NCBI RefSeq assembly: GCF_036365525.1
Contig: NC_090378.1
Span: 98,576,116-98,640,115, forward strand
Direction of reading: 5' to 3'
Origin: Heterodontus francisci
Taxonomy: Eukaryota
DNA: 64,000 nucleotides
Below, piece after piece: positions 10,069-21,497 of the stretch. Below the pieces are notes generated by a model. It made no database searches. It was not told the origin of the DNA and saw nothing but the letters and a program-made list of their open reading frames with translations. Each line of letters starts with the position of its first letter. Position 1 is the stretch's first letter. The translations under genes were made by a program, and so were the position numbers.

Positions 10069-12879
10069 TTGGGGAAGGTAGCACTGTCGCAGAGGACAGA
10101 TGGGCACGGAGAAGGGTTAAAGTGCGTATACTTCAACGCAAGAAGCATCAGGAATAAGGTGAGTGAATTGAAGGCGTGGATGGGCACTTGGGACTACGAT
10201 GTTGTGGCCATCACTGAAACGTGGATAGGTGAGGGGGAGGAATGGTTTTTGGAGGTACCTGGTTATAGATGTTTTCATAAGATTAGGAATGGTGGTAAAA
10301 GAGGTGGGGGGGTGGCATTGTTAGTTAGAAGTAGTGTAACAACTGCTGAAAGAATTTTCGAGGAGGATCTGCCGACTGAGGCACTGTGGGTTGAGGTCAG
10401 GAACAGGAAAGGAGCAGTCACCTTGATGGGAGTTTTCTATAGGCCCCCCAATAGCAGCAGGGAGGTGGAAGAGCAGATTGGGAAACAGATTTTGGAAAGG
10501 AGCAGAAGTCACAGGGTAGTAATTATGGGGGATTTCAACTTCCCAAATATTGATTGGCAACTCTTTAGATGGAATAGTTTGGATGGGGTAGTGTTTGTGC
10601 AGTATGTCCAGGAAGCTTTTCTGACTCAGTATGTAGACTGCCCGACCAGAGGGGAGGCAATATTGGATTTGGTACTAGGTAATGAACCAGGGCAAGTGAT
10701 AGAGCTGTTGGTGGGCGAGCACTTTGGAGATAGTGATCACAATTCTGTAGCATTCACTGTGGTAATGGAGAGGGATAGGTATGTGCAACAGGGCAAGGTT
10801 TACAATTGGGGGAAGGGTAGATATGATGCTGTCAGGCAGGAACTGAGGAGCATAAGTTGGGAGCATATGCTGGCAGGGAAGGGCACGGTCGAAATGTGGA
10901 ACTTTTTCAAGGAGCAGATAGTAGGGGCCATTGATAAGCATGTCCCTGTCAGACAGGGAAGGGATGGTCATGTGAGGGAACCGTGGTTGACAAGAGAGGT
11001 TGAGAGTCTTGTTAGGAAGAAGAAGGATGCGTATATAAAGTTGAGGAAAAAGGGCACAGGCATAGCTCTGGAGGGATACAAGATGGCCAGGAGGGATCTG
11101 AAGAAAGGGATTAGGAGAGCTAAGAGAGGGCATGAAAAATGCTTGGCGGGTAGGATAAAAGAAAACCCCAAGGCCTTTTACGCGTATGTCAGAAATATGA
11201 GGATGACTAGGGGGACCGTAGGTCCGGTCAAGGACAATAGCGGGAGACTGTGTGTTGAGCCGGAAGAGATAAGTGAGGTTTTGAATGAGTACTTCTCTTC
11301 GGTATTTACGAATGAGAAGGGGTGTATTACTGAAGAGGACGGTGGGAAGCAGACTGGTAAGCTCGAGGAAGTGCTCGTTAGGAGGGAAGATGTGTTGGGG
11401 TTTTTGAATAACTTGAAGATAGACAAGTCTCCCGGGCCTGACGGGGTATATCCAAGGATGTTATGGGAAGCAAGGGATGAAATTGCAGAGCCGCTGGCAA
11501 TGATCTTTTCATCTTCTCTGCTGACGGGGGTGGTACCAGGTGATTGGAGGGTGGCAAATGTTGTGCCCCTGTTCAAGAAAGGGAATAGGAACAACCCTGG
11601 GAATTACAGGCCAGTTAGTCTTACTTCGGTGGTAGGCAAGTTGATGGAAAAGGTGCTGAGGGATAGGATTTCTGAGCATCTGGAAAGACACTGCTTGATT
11701 CGGGACAGTCAGCACGGTTTTGTGAGGGGTAGGTCTTGCCTCACAAGCCTGATTGAATTCTTTGAGCAGGTGACCAAGCAAGTGGATGAGGGTAAACCAG
11801 TGGATGTGGTGTACATGGATTTTAGTAAGGCATTTGATAAGGTCCCCCATGGTAGACTTATGGAGAAAGTCAGGAGGCATGGGATAGTGGGGAATGTGGC
11901 CAGTTGGATTAAGAATTGGCTAACTGATAGAAGGCAGAGAGTGGTCTTAGATGGTAAATACTCAGCCTGGAGCCCAGTTACCAGTGGCGTGCCGCAGGGA
12001 TCAGTTCTGGGTCCTCTCCTGTTTGTGATTTTTATTAACGACTTGGATGAGGAAGTCGAAGGGTGGGTCAGTAAATTTGCAGATGATACAAAGGTTGGTG
12101 GAGTTGTGGATACCGAGGAGGGCTATTGTCGTCTGCAAAGGGACTTGGATAGGTTGCAGTGCTGGGCTGAAAAGTGGCAGATGGAGTTTAACCCTGAAAA
12201 GTGTGAGGTCGTCCATTTTGGAAGGACAAACATGAATGCAAAATACTGGGTTAACGGTAGGGTTCTTGGGCATGTGGAGGAGCAGAGAGACCTTGGGGTC
12301 TATGTGCATAGATCATTGAAAGTTGCAACTCAAGTGGATAGGGCTGTGAAGAAGGCATATGGGGTGTTAGCGTTCATTAGCAGAGGGATTGAATTTAAGA
12401 GCCGTGAGGTGATGATGCAGCTGTACAGGACCTTGGTAAGGCCTCATTTGGAGTACTGTGTGCAGTTCTGGTCGCCTCATTTTAGGAAGGATGTGGAAGC
12501 CTTGGAGAGGGTGCAGAGGAGATTTACCAGGATGTTGCCTGGAATGGAGAATAAGTCTTACGAGGAAAGGCTGAACATTCTAGGCCTCTTCTCATTAGAA
12601 CGGAGAAGGATGAGGGGTGACATGATAGAGGTTTATAAGATGATCAGGGGAATAGATAGGGTAGACAGTCAGAAACTTTTTCCCCGGGTGGAGCAAAGCG
12701 TTACAAGGGGTCATAAATTTAAGGTGAAGGGTGGGAGATATAAGGGGGATGTCAGGGGAAGGTTCTTTACCCAGAGAGTGGTCGAGGCATGGAATGCCTT
12801 GCCCGGGGAAGTTGTTGAGTCAGAAACTTTAGGGACTTTCAAAAGTCTTTTGGATAGGTATATGGATAAAGGAGAATGA
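10069..12879 (+). CDS. CR1 ORF2: APE endonuclease + reverse transcriptase (frame open from 9964)
   Basis: EN motifs NARS, TETW, GDFN, LDL, SDH; RT motifs KSPGPDG, YRPVSL, DFSKAFD, PQGSVLGP, FADD. No internal stops. The track start is TTG; the first in-frame ATG lies inside the EN domain. Confidence 0.95.
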   Translation: MGKVALSQRTDGHGEGLKCVYFNARSIRNKVSELKAWMGTWDYDVVAITETWIGEGEEWFLEVPGYRCFHKIRNGGKRGGGVALLVRSSVTTAERIFEEDLPTEALWVEVRNRKGAVTLMGVFYRPPNSSREVEEQIGKQILERSRSHRVVIMGDFNFPNIDWQLFRWNSLDGVVFVQYVQEAFLTQYVDCPTRGEAILDLVLGNEPGQVIELLVGEHFGDSDHNSVAFTVVMERDRYVQQGKVYNWGKGRYDAVRQELRSISWEHMLAGKGTVEMWNFFKEQIVGAIDKHVPVRQGRDGHVREPWLTREVESLVRKKKDAYIKLRKKGTGIALEGYKMARRDLKKGIRRAKRGHEKCLAGRIKENPKAFYAYVRNMRMTRGTVGPVKDNSGRLCVEPEEISEVLNEYFSSVFTNEKGCITEEDGGKQTGKLEEVLVRREDVLGFLNNLKIDKSPGPDGVYPRMLWEARDEIAEPLAMIFSSSLLTGVVPGDWRVANVVPLFKKGNRNNPGNYRPVSLTSVVGKLMEKVLRDRISEHLERHCLIRDSQHGFVRGRSCLTSLIEFFEQVTKQVDEGKPVDVVYMDFSKAFDKVPHGRLMEKVRRHGIVGNVASWIKNWLTDRRQRVVLDGKYSAWSPVTSGVPQGSVLGPLLFVIFINDLDEEVEGWVSKFADDTKVGGVVDTEEGYCRLQRDLDRLQCWAEKWQMEFNPEKCEVVHFGRTNMNAKYWVNGRVLGHVEEQRDLGVYVHRSLKVATQVDRAVKKAYGVLAFISRGIEFKSREVMMQLYRTLVRPHLEYCVQFWSPHFRKDVEALERVQRRFTRMLPGMENKSYEERLNILGLFSLERRRMRGDMIEVYKMIRGIDRVDSQKLFPRVEQSVTRGHKFKVKGGRYKGDVRGRFFTQRVVEAWNALPGEVVESETLGTFKSLLDRYMDKGE

Positions 12880-13304
12880 TGGGGTATAGATTAAATTGTC
12901 CTTGACAGAGGACAAAGGATCGGCACAACATTGTGGGCCGAAGGGCCTGTTCTGTGCTGTATGTTCTATGTTCTATGTTCTATGTACTGCAGCAAATTTA
13001 TTAAGTACAACAGTCTCATCTCCGGCAAGGTTCCATCCTTGGCCTCCATTGCAGCAAAGAAACCAGTAATTTGACCCAACTAACTTGTGCTATTTACAGC
13101 CTACGAGTCTCCTTCGATTCCATCTATCTCATCTCAGCCTTTCAGTATATCTTTCTATTCCTTTTCTCCTAGTTTCCTTTTGAAAGCATCCAAACTGTAC
13201 TTGCATCAACCTCTTCCTGTGGTAATGAGTTCCACATTCTAACCAGAGTAAAGAAATTTATCATTTAATTATTTGCTTCATTAATAACTTATTTATGGCC
13301 ATTA

Positions 13305-13460
13305 CAAAAGGAAATACTGCAGATGTTGAAGTAAAAAAAACCCTGAAATAATAAAGACATCTGACAAAAGGTAAATCGACTTGAAAAGGTTAGCTCTGTT
13401 TCTCTTTCTACAGATGCCACCAGACCTAAGTATTTTCAGGATTTTCTGTTTCTTTTTGTA
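13305..13460. mobile_element. Degenerate palindromic Penelope-derived short element
   Basis: Left arm caaaaggaaatactgcagatgttg, right arm tacagatgccaccagacc..ttttctgttt; same architecture as 59299-59518. Confidence 0.55.
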
Positions 13461-13469
13461 TTTATGGCC

Positions 13470-13790
13470 CCTATTTTTGCATTGATACAGTTTGGCATCA
13501 TCTGCAAATTGATAAGTTAATTGTTCCCAAGTCCAAATCATTAATTGCTCCTTGTAGAACACTGCTCTCTACCTTCCTCAAACCGAAAATAATCATTGAC
13601 TCCTAGTTTCAGCCTTTTTATTTTTTTTTAAATAAAAGCCAATTTGCCATCCAGCTACCTGTCCCATGACTCCACACGTCCCTAATATCTTTGTCGTGAG
13701 CCTGCCGTGTGGTACGACCTTAGCAAAGGCCTTGTGAAAATCCAAGTATATGACATCTACAACATTACCCTGGTCTACTCTTTCCAGCCT
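13470..13790 (-). mobile_element. Old CR1 RT fragment
   Basis: Minus-strand translations VDVIYLDFHKAFAKV and QFADDAKL. Confidence 0.75.
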
Positions 13791-15061
13791 TTTGGAATCC
13801 ATACTATTGGACTATAGACCCCTAAATAGTGAGAGGGAGATAGACGAACAAATATGTAGGCAAATTTCTACATGCAAAAACTAGGCAATAATAGTTGGGG
13901 ATTTCAATTACCCCAATATCAACTGGGATACAAAGTGTGAAGGGCACAGAGGGGACAAAATTCTTGAACTGTGTTCAAGAGAACTTTTTTAGCCAGCATG
14001 TAACAAGCCCAACGAAAGGGGGCACAATTCTAGATTTAGTCTTTGGTAATGAAGCTGGGCAAGTGGATGAACTAACAGTGAGTGACCATTTTGGAGATGG
14101 TGACTATAATCATGGAAAAGGACTAGGATAAAACAGGGAATACAAGTCCTAAATTGAGGGGGGCAGGAGACACATTTTACAAAACAGAGGTGAGCTGGCA
14201 AAAGTGGACTGGATACAGCTACTTGAAGGAAAATCAGTGACAAACCAGTGAGGGGCATTCAAAAACGAGATACTACAGGCACAGTATAGGCATGTCCCCA
14301 CAAAGATAAAAAGGGTGGTATTGCCAAATCTAGAGCCCCCTGGGCTGTTCTGTAAGAAGCTTACAGGATAAGATAAAGCAGAAAAAGAAAGCTGATGATC
14401 ACAAAATGTAATACTTTAAAAGCCAAGAGGAGTATAGAAAGTGCAGGGTGAAGTAAAGGAAATTAGAAAAGTCAAGAGAGGACATGAAAAATTATTGGCA
14501 GGTAAAATGAAGGAAAGCCCGAAGATGTATCACTACATTAAGAGCAAGAGAATAAGCAAGGAAAGGGTAGGGCCTATCGGAGATGTACAAGGGAACTTGT
14601 GTGGATGCAGAAGATGTGGGCAGGGTTCTTGATGAGTTTTTTGTCTCTTCACAAAAGGAGGGGGATGATGCAGACATTGCAGTAAAAGAGGAGTGTGAAA
14701 TACTAGATACGATAAAACATAACGAGAGGGGAAGTACTAGAGGATCGTACATACTTGAAAGTGGTTAAATCACCAGGCTGAATGTATTGCATCACAGGTT
14801 GTTAAAGGAAGCCAGGGAGGAAATAGCAGATGCTCTGAGGATCATCTTCAAATCCTCACTAGATACAGGCGAGGTACCAGACAATGGGGGTCTGCAAACA
14901 TTGTACCATAGTTTAAAAAGGGTCTGAGGGATAGGCCAAATAATCATAGGCCGGTCAGTCTGACCTCTGTGGTGAGTAAATTATTAGAATCAATTCTGAG
15001 GGACAGGATAAACTGCCACTTAGAAAGTCACAAATTAATCAGGAATAGTCAGCATAGATTT

Positions 15062-15668
15062 ATAGAGTCATACAGTCGTACAGCATAGAAATAAGCCCTT
15101 CGGCCCAACGCGTCCATGCCGACCATAATGCCCATCTATACTAATCCCACCTGCCTGCATTAATTCCACATCCCTCTATGCCTTGCTCATTCAAGTACCT
15201 GTCCAGATGCCTCTTAAATGTTGCTACTGTTCCTGCCTCCACCACCTCCTCAGGTAGCTCATTCCAGATACCCACTATTCTGTGTGTGAAAAATTTACCC
15301 CTTCGATCCCCTTTAAACCTCCTCCCTCTCACCTTAAATCTATGCCCTCTAATTTTAGTCACCCCTACCATGGGAAACAGACTCTGGATATCTACCCTAT
15401 CTATGCCTCTCATAATTTTATAGACCTCTATCATGTCCCCTCTCAGCCTCCTTCGCTCCAGGGAAAACAGACCCAGCCTATCCAATCTCTCTTTATAACT
15501 CAAGCCCTCCAAACCAGGCAACATCCTTGTGAATCTTTTCTGCACCCTCTCTAGCTTAATCACATCTTTCCTGTAGTGCGGCAACCAGAACTGCACACGG
15601 TACTCCAAATGCAGCCTAACCAACATTATGTACAACTGTAACATGACATCCCAACTCTTGTACTCAAT
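15062..15668 (-). mobile_element. 5'-truncated CR1 inserted antisense into the host CR1
   Basis: ORF 15141-15644 encodes a CR1 RT C-terminus; possible ATTT TSD (15058-15061 / 15667-15670). Confidence 0.88.
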
Positions 15669-15887
15669 TTGTTAGGGGAAGGTCATGTCTTACTAACCTG
15701 ATTGCGTTTTTTGAGGAAGTAGTAAAGGAGGATTGAGGAGGGTAGTGTAGTGGATGTGATGTACATGGATTTTCGTAAGGCATTTGATAAGGTCCCACAT
15801 AGCAGACTGGTCAGTAAAATGAAAGCCCATGGGATACAGGGGAAGGTGGCAGGATGGATCCAAAATTGACTCAGTGACAGGAAACAA

Positions 15888-18800
15888 AGTCAACGTTGAC
15901 TCCAGGATGGTGTGTTGCCTCCCTGGTGCCAGGATCCAGGATGTCACTGAACAGCTGCAGGGCATCCTGAAGGGGGAGGATGATAAGGCAGAGGTCATGG
16001 TACATGTTGGTATCAATGACATAGGTAGAAAAAGAGTGCTGACTTGGGTTGCATTAGAATGCTATAGTGGAAGTTTGGTAACTGGGGAAGTGAGGAGCTC
16101 CTTTCATTTCCTACCGGTCCTTAAAGTGAGGGGAACAGAGAGCTTCCAAAGAGCACAGCTAACTGGTGAGTAAGTCCTGGTGGGTATTTTTCAAAGTGGA
16201 TTGAATTGTCAGTCATTGTTTTAGCAAGATTTAATTGCTTTTTAAATTATAATCTTCGATAGTTTTAAATTTAAAGGGTTTAGTCATGGCAGGAGAGCTC
16301 CTCTTGCTGCATGTGGGAATCTGGGAACATTTCCAGTCCCTGAGACCAGCATGCGTGCAGGAAGTGTGTCCAGCTGCAGCTCCTGGAAGCTCGGGTTTCA
16401 GAGCTGGAACGGCGGCTGGAAACACTGTGGAGCATCTGCGAGTCTGAGAGCATTGTGGATAGCACGTATCGAGAGGTGGTCACACTGCAGCTGAAGGGAC
16501 TTGAGGAAGGAAGGGAATGGGTGACCACCAGGCAGTCCAAGAGAAACAGGCAGGTAGTTCAGGAGTCCCCTGGGGTCCCGCTTGCAAATTGGTAATCCAT
16601 TTTGGAGGTTGATGAGGCTGGTTCCTCCAGGGAGTGCGGACAGAGCCAAGCTTCTGGCACCGCAAGCAGCCTGTCTGCACAGGAAGGGGGAAAGAGAGGA
16701 AGAGCAATAGTAATAGGGGATTCTACAGTCAGGGGAACAGATAAGCTCCACTGTGGCAGTCAACGTGACTCCAGGACGGTGTGTTGCCTCCCTGGTGCCA
16801 GGATCCAGGATGTCACTGAACGGCTGCAGGGCATCCTGAAGGGGGAGGGTGATAAGGCAGAGGTCATGGTACATGTTGGTACCAATGACATAGGTAGAAA
16901 GAGGGATGAGGTCTTGCATCAAGAATTCAGGGAGTTAGGCAGTAGACTAAAAAGCAGGACCTCTCGTTGTAATCTCTGGATTACTCCCAGTGCCACGTGC
17001 TAGCGAGTATAGAAATAGGAGAATAGCACAGATGAATGCGTGGCTTAAGAGTTGGAGCAGGAGGGAGGGTTTTAGATTCCTGGACCACTGGGACCAGTTC
17101 TGGGGAATGTGGGACCTTTACAAGTGGGACTGTCTACATCTGAACCAGAGGGGGACTAACATCCTTGCTAGTGGGTTTGCTAGTGCTGTTGGGAGGAGTT
17201 TAAACAAATTTGGCAGGGAGAGGGGATGCAGACTCCTAGCAGAATAGGGACACAGCTAAGCACAGGAAAGCAAACAAGTCAGAGGGAATACAGTGGAAGT
17301 AAGTTTCAAGGGAGTAAGACCAGGATGGAAGGCCTCTACTTTAATGCCAGGGGTATTGCAGGTAAAACAGATGAGTTAAGGGCAATGATTGACACGTGGA
17401 ATTGTGATATAGCCATCACGGAGACATGGTTGGGGGAGGGGCAGGATTGACAGCTCAATATCCCAAGATATAGAATCTTTAGGCGAGACAGAGGAGGGGG
17501 CATTGCCATATTAATTAAGGAGTCAGATACTGCAGTAAGGAGAGATGATATCTTGGAGGGGGCATCAAATGAAGCTTTATGGGTAGAGTTTAGGAATAAA
17601 AAATTGACAACCACACTGCTAGGTGTTTATTATAGACCCCCAGATAGTCAGCATGAAATATAGGAGCAAATATGTGCACAATTTGCAGAGATGTGTAAAA
17701 ATAATAGGGTAATTATATTAGGTGATTTCAACTTTCCCAACATTAATTGGGATAGTCATCATATTAAGGGCTTAGATGGAGTGGAGTTCTTAAAATGTAG
17801 ACAGGAGAACTTTTTAGCTCAATATGTAGAGGATCCAACAAGGAAGGGTGCAGTGCTGGACCTAATTCTGGGGAATGAAGCCAGACAGGTGGTTGATGCG
17901 TTGGTGGGGGAGCATTTTGGTGATAGCGACCATAACATGGTACAATTTAAGCTTGTTATGGAGAAAGAAATAGACAAGTTGCAAAAAAAAAAAAGGTTTT
18001 GGATTGGGGGAGAGTGAATTTTAGTAAAATAAGGCAACATCTGGCCAAGGTAGACTGGAAAGAGTTACTTGTTGGGAAATCTACAGAAGAGCAGTGGGGG
18101 GGCATTCAAAAAGGAAATGGGGAGGGTACAGGCCCAACATGTTCTCACTAGGGTAATAGGTAGGAGCAAAAAGCCCAGAGAACCATGGATGACCAGAAAC
18201 ATTCAGGGTATGATAAGGAAAAGAGAAGCTTTTAGCAAATACAAGGAGAGCAAATCAATGGAAGCATTAGTGGAATACAGAAAGTGTAGGATGGAGCTTA
18301 AGAAAGCAATTAGGAGAGAAACGAGGGAATATGAGAAAGCTCTGGCTGGTAAAAGTAGGGAAAATCCCAAGATATTCTATAAGTTATATCAATGGGAGGA
18401 GGATAACCAGGGTAAGAGTAGGACCCATTAGGGACCAAAGGGGAAATTTGTGGGTGGAGCCAGAGGACATTGGTAGGGTGTTGAATGAATACTTCACATC
18501 TGTCTTCACCCAAGAGAATGAGGATGTAGATATGGAACTTAGAGAGAGACTGTGAGGTTCTTGAGAAAATTGTCATAGGGAGTGACAAGGTATTGGAGGT
18601 TTTGGAAGGCTTAAAAGTGGACAAATCTCCAGGTCCGGACGATTTGTGTCCCAGGATGCTGTGGGAGGAGAGAGTGGAGATTGCAGGGGCTCTGACCCTA
18701 ATTTTTAATTCCTCTCTGGCCACAGGGGGAGGTGCCAGAGGACTGGAGAACAGCTAATGTGGTCCCACTATTTAAGAAAGGTTGCAGAGATAAGCCAGGG

Positions 18801-20200
18801 AACTACAGACCAGTGAGTCTCACGTCAGTGGTAGGGAAACTATTGGAGAAAATTCTGAAGGAGAGAATCTATCTCCACTTGGAGAGGCAAAATTTAATTA
18901 GGAATAGTCAGCATGGCTTTGTCAGAGGGAGGTCATGCCTAACAAATTTGATTGAATTTTTTGAGCATGTGACCAGGTGTGTAGATGAGGGTAGTGCAGT
19001 TGATGTAGTTTACATGGATTTCAGCTAAGCCTTTGACAAGGTCCCACATGGGAGACTTATCAAGAAAGCAAATGCACATAGGATACAGGGTAACTTGGTA
19101 AGGTGGATTCAAAATTGGCTTAGCTGTAGGAGACAGTGATGACGGACAGCTGTTTTAGTGACTGGAAGCCAGTGTCCAGTGGCGTACCACAGAGATCTGT
19201 GCTGGGTCCCCTATTGTTTGTCATTTTATATAAACGACATAGATGACTATGTGGGAGGTAGGATCAGTAAGTTCGCAGATGACAAAGATTGGCCGAGTGG
19301 CTAACAGTGAGGTGGAGTGTCTTAGGTTACAGGAAGATATAGACAGGATGGTCAAATGGACAGAAAAGTGGCAGATGGAATTTAACGCTGAAAAGTGTGA
19401 GGTGATACACTTTGGAAGGAGTAATGTGATACGGAAGTATTCAAATGAATGGCCTGACACTGGGAAGTTCCGAGGAACAAAGGGACCTTGGCGTGTTTGT
19501 CCATAGATCTCTGAAGGTAGAAGGCCAGGTTAATAGGGTAGTGAAAAAGGCATATGGGACACTTGCTTTTATCAATCGAGGCATAGATTACAAAAGCAGG
19601 GAGGTCATGTTGGAGTTGTACAGAACTTTGATAAGGCCACAGCTGGAGTACTGTGTGGAATTCTGGTTGCCACATTATGGGAAGGATGTGATTGCATTGG
19701 AGGGGGTGCAGAGGTAATTCACCAGGATATAGCCTGGGATGGAACATTTAAGCTATGAAGAGAGGTTGGATAGGCTTGGGTTGTTTTCACTGGAGCAGAG
19801 AAGACTGAGGGGTGACCTGATAGAGGTGTACAAGATTATGAGGGGCATGGACAGGGTGGATAGGGAGCAGCTGTTCCCCTTAGTTGAAGGGGAAGTTACA
19901 AGGGGTCATAAGTTTAAAAGGTGAGGGGTGGGAGGTCTAAAGGGGACTTGAGGAAGAACTTTTTTAACCCAGAGGGTTGTGATGGTCTGGAATGCCCTGC
20001 CTGGGAGGGTGGTAGATGCAGGTTGCCTCACATCCTTTAAAAAAGTACCTGGATGAACACTTGGCACGTCATAACATTCAAGGCTATGGGCCAAGTGCTG
20101 GCAAATGGAATTAGGTAGACAGGTCAGGTGTTTTTAATGCATCAATGCAGACTCGATGGCCGAAGGGCCTCTTCTGCACTATTATTCTGTGATTCTGTGA
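15888..20200 (+). mobile_element. Near full-length, frameshifted CR1 (5'UTR, ORF1 zinc-finger/coiled coil + esterase, ORF2 EN-RT)
   Basis: ATG at 16286, C..C..CRKCVQLQLLEARVSELE, IVIGDS..VHVGTND..DCLHLN, EN and RT fragments, (ATTCTGTG)n tail. Confidence 0.92.
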
Positions 20201-21497
20201 CAGTCGAAAGATGTTTTTGTGAATGGAAAGCGGTTTCCAGTGGTGTTCCACAGGGCTGTGTTGGGTCCCTTGTTGTTTGTGGTATATATTAACGATTTAG
20301 ACTTGAATGTGGGAGGCATGATTGTCATCAGCAAATTTCCCACAAAAATTGACCGTGTAGTTGATAGTGAAGAGCAGAGTCATGGCCTCCAGAAAGATAT
20401 CAATGGTTTGGTTGAGTGGGTGGGAAAGTGGTGAATGGAATTCAATCCAGAGATGTGTGAGGTAATGCATTTAGGGAGGGCAAACAAAGCAAGGGAATAC
20501 ATAATAAATGGGAGGACATTGAGAAGGGTAGAAGAAGTGAGAGACCTTGGAGTGCATGTCCACAGGTCACTGAAGGTGGCAGGACAGGTAGATATAGAGT
20601 GGTGAAGAAGGCACATGGAATGTTTTCCTTTATTGGCTGAGGTATAGAATATAAAAGCAGGGATGAAATGCTGGAACTGTATAAAACGCTGGTTAGGCCA
20701 CAGCTGGAGTGTAGTATACAGTTATCTGGTCACCACATTACAGGAAGGGCATAATTGCTCAGTAGAGGGTGTACAGCAGAGATTTACAAGAACTGCCAAG
20801 ACTTGAAAGTTGCAGGAATGAGGAAAGATTGGATAGGCTAGGGTTGTTTTCCTTAAAACAGAGGAGGCTGAGGGGTGACTTAATTGAGGTGTACAAAGTT
20901 ACGAGGGGCCCAGATAGAGTAGACAGGAAGGCACGGTTTCCCCCAGCGGAGAGGTCAATTACCAGGGGGCACAGATTTAAGGTGATCGATAGAAGGATTA
21001 GAGGGGACATGAGGAAAAACCTGGTCACCCAGAGAGTGCTGGGTTTCTGGAATTCACTGCCAAGAATGGTGGTGGAGGCAGAAACCCTTAATTCATTTTA
21101 AAAAAAAAAGGTACCTGGACATGCACCTGAAGTACTGTAACCAGCAAGGCTATAGACCAGGTGCTGGAAGATGGGATTAGATTGGGCAGCTAGTTTTCTT
21201 TTCGGCTGGCACGGACACGATAGACTGTATGGCCCCCTTCTCTGCCGTAATTTTTCTATGGTTCTATGCGACTTTAACATATTCTTCTGTCTCTAGATGC
21301 TCGATCACTTCTTCTGGTATAGATTCCAGTATCTTTTTTTTTAAAATCACCAGCGTCAAGCCTGTAAATCCTAGGTTTTGTTCCCTTTTCTAAAAAAAAA
21401 TCTTTAGCTGTCCACCAGTATTTTGGCATCTCTCTCTCTCTTTGTTGCCTTGAGTATGTATGGATGCATACCATTAAGACCTAGGCTTTTGTCTTTA

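Larger units (their letters stand above)
9128..12985 (+). mobile_element. Young CR1-clade LINE: repeat-containing 5'UTR, partial ORF1, intact ORF2
   Basis: SGNH/GDSL esterase ORF1 part, uninterrupted EN-RT ORF2, CR1-type 3' end (gtgggccgaagggcctgttctgtgctgt), (TTCTATG)n tail, many CpGs retained. Confidence 0.95.
13800..21270 (+). mobile_element. Degenerate CR1 host (pieces 13800-15061, 15667-15889, 20200-21270) carrying two nested LINEs
   Basis: EN to RT to 3'UTR is colinear across both insertions; tail ttttctatggttctatg; same family as 48450-49925. Confidence 0.85.

Noticed and set aside
9454-12309. Several 60-160 aa minus-strand ORFs over the young CR1
   Set aside because: Antisense shadows of the LINE ORFs; no recognisable domains.
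13780-13810. Head-to-head CR1 junction as a twin-priming inversion
   Set aside because: The minus fragment covers RT sequence also present in the plus element and appears to be from an older family; independent insertions are more likely.
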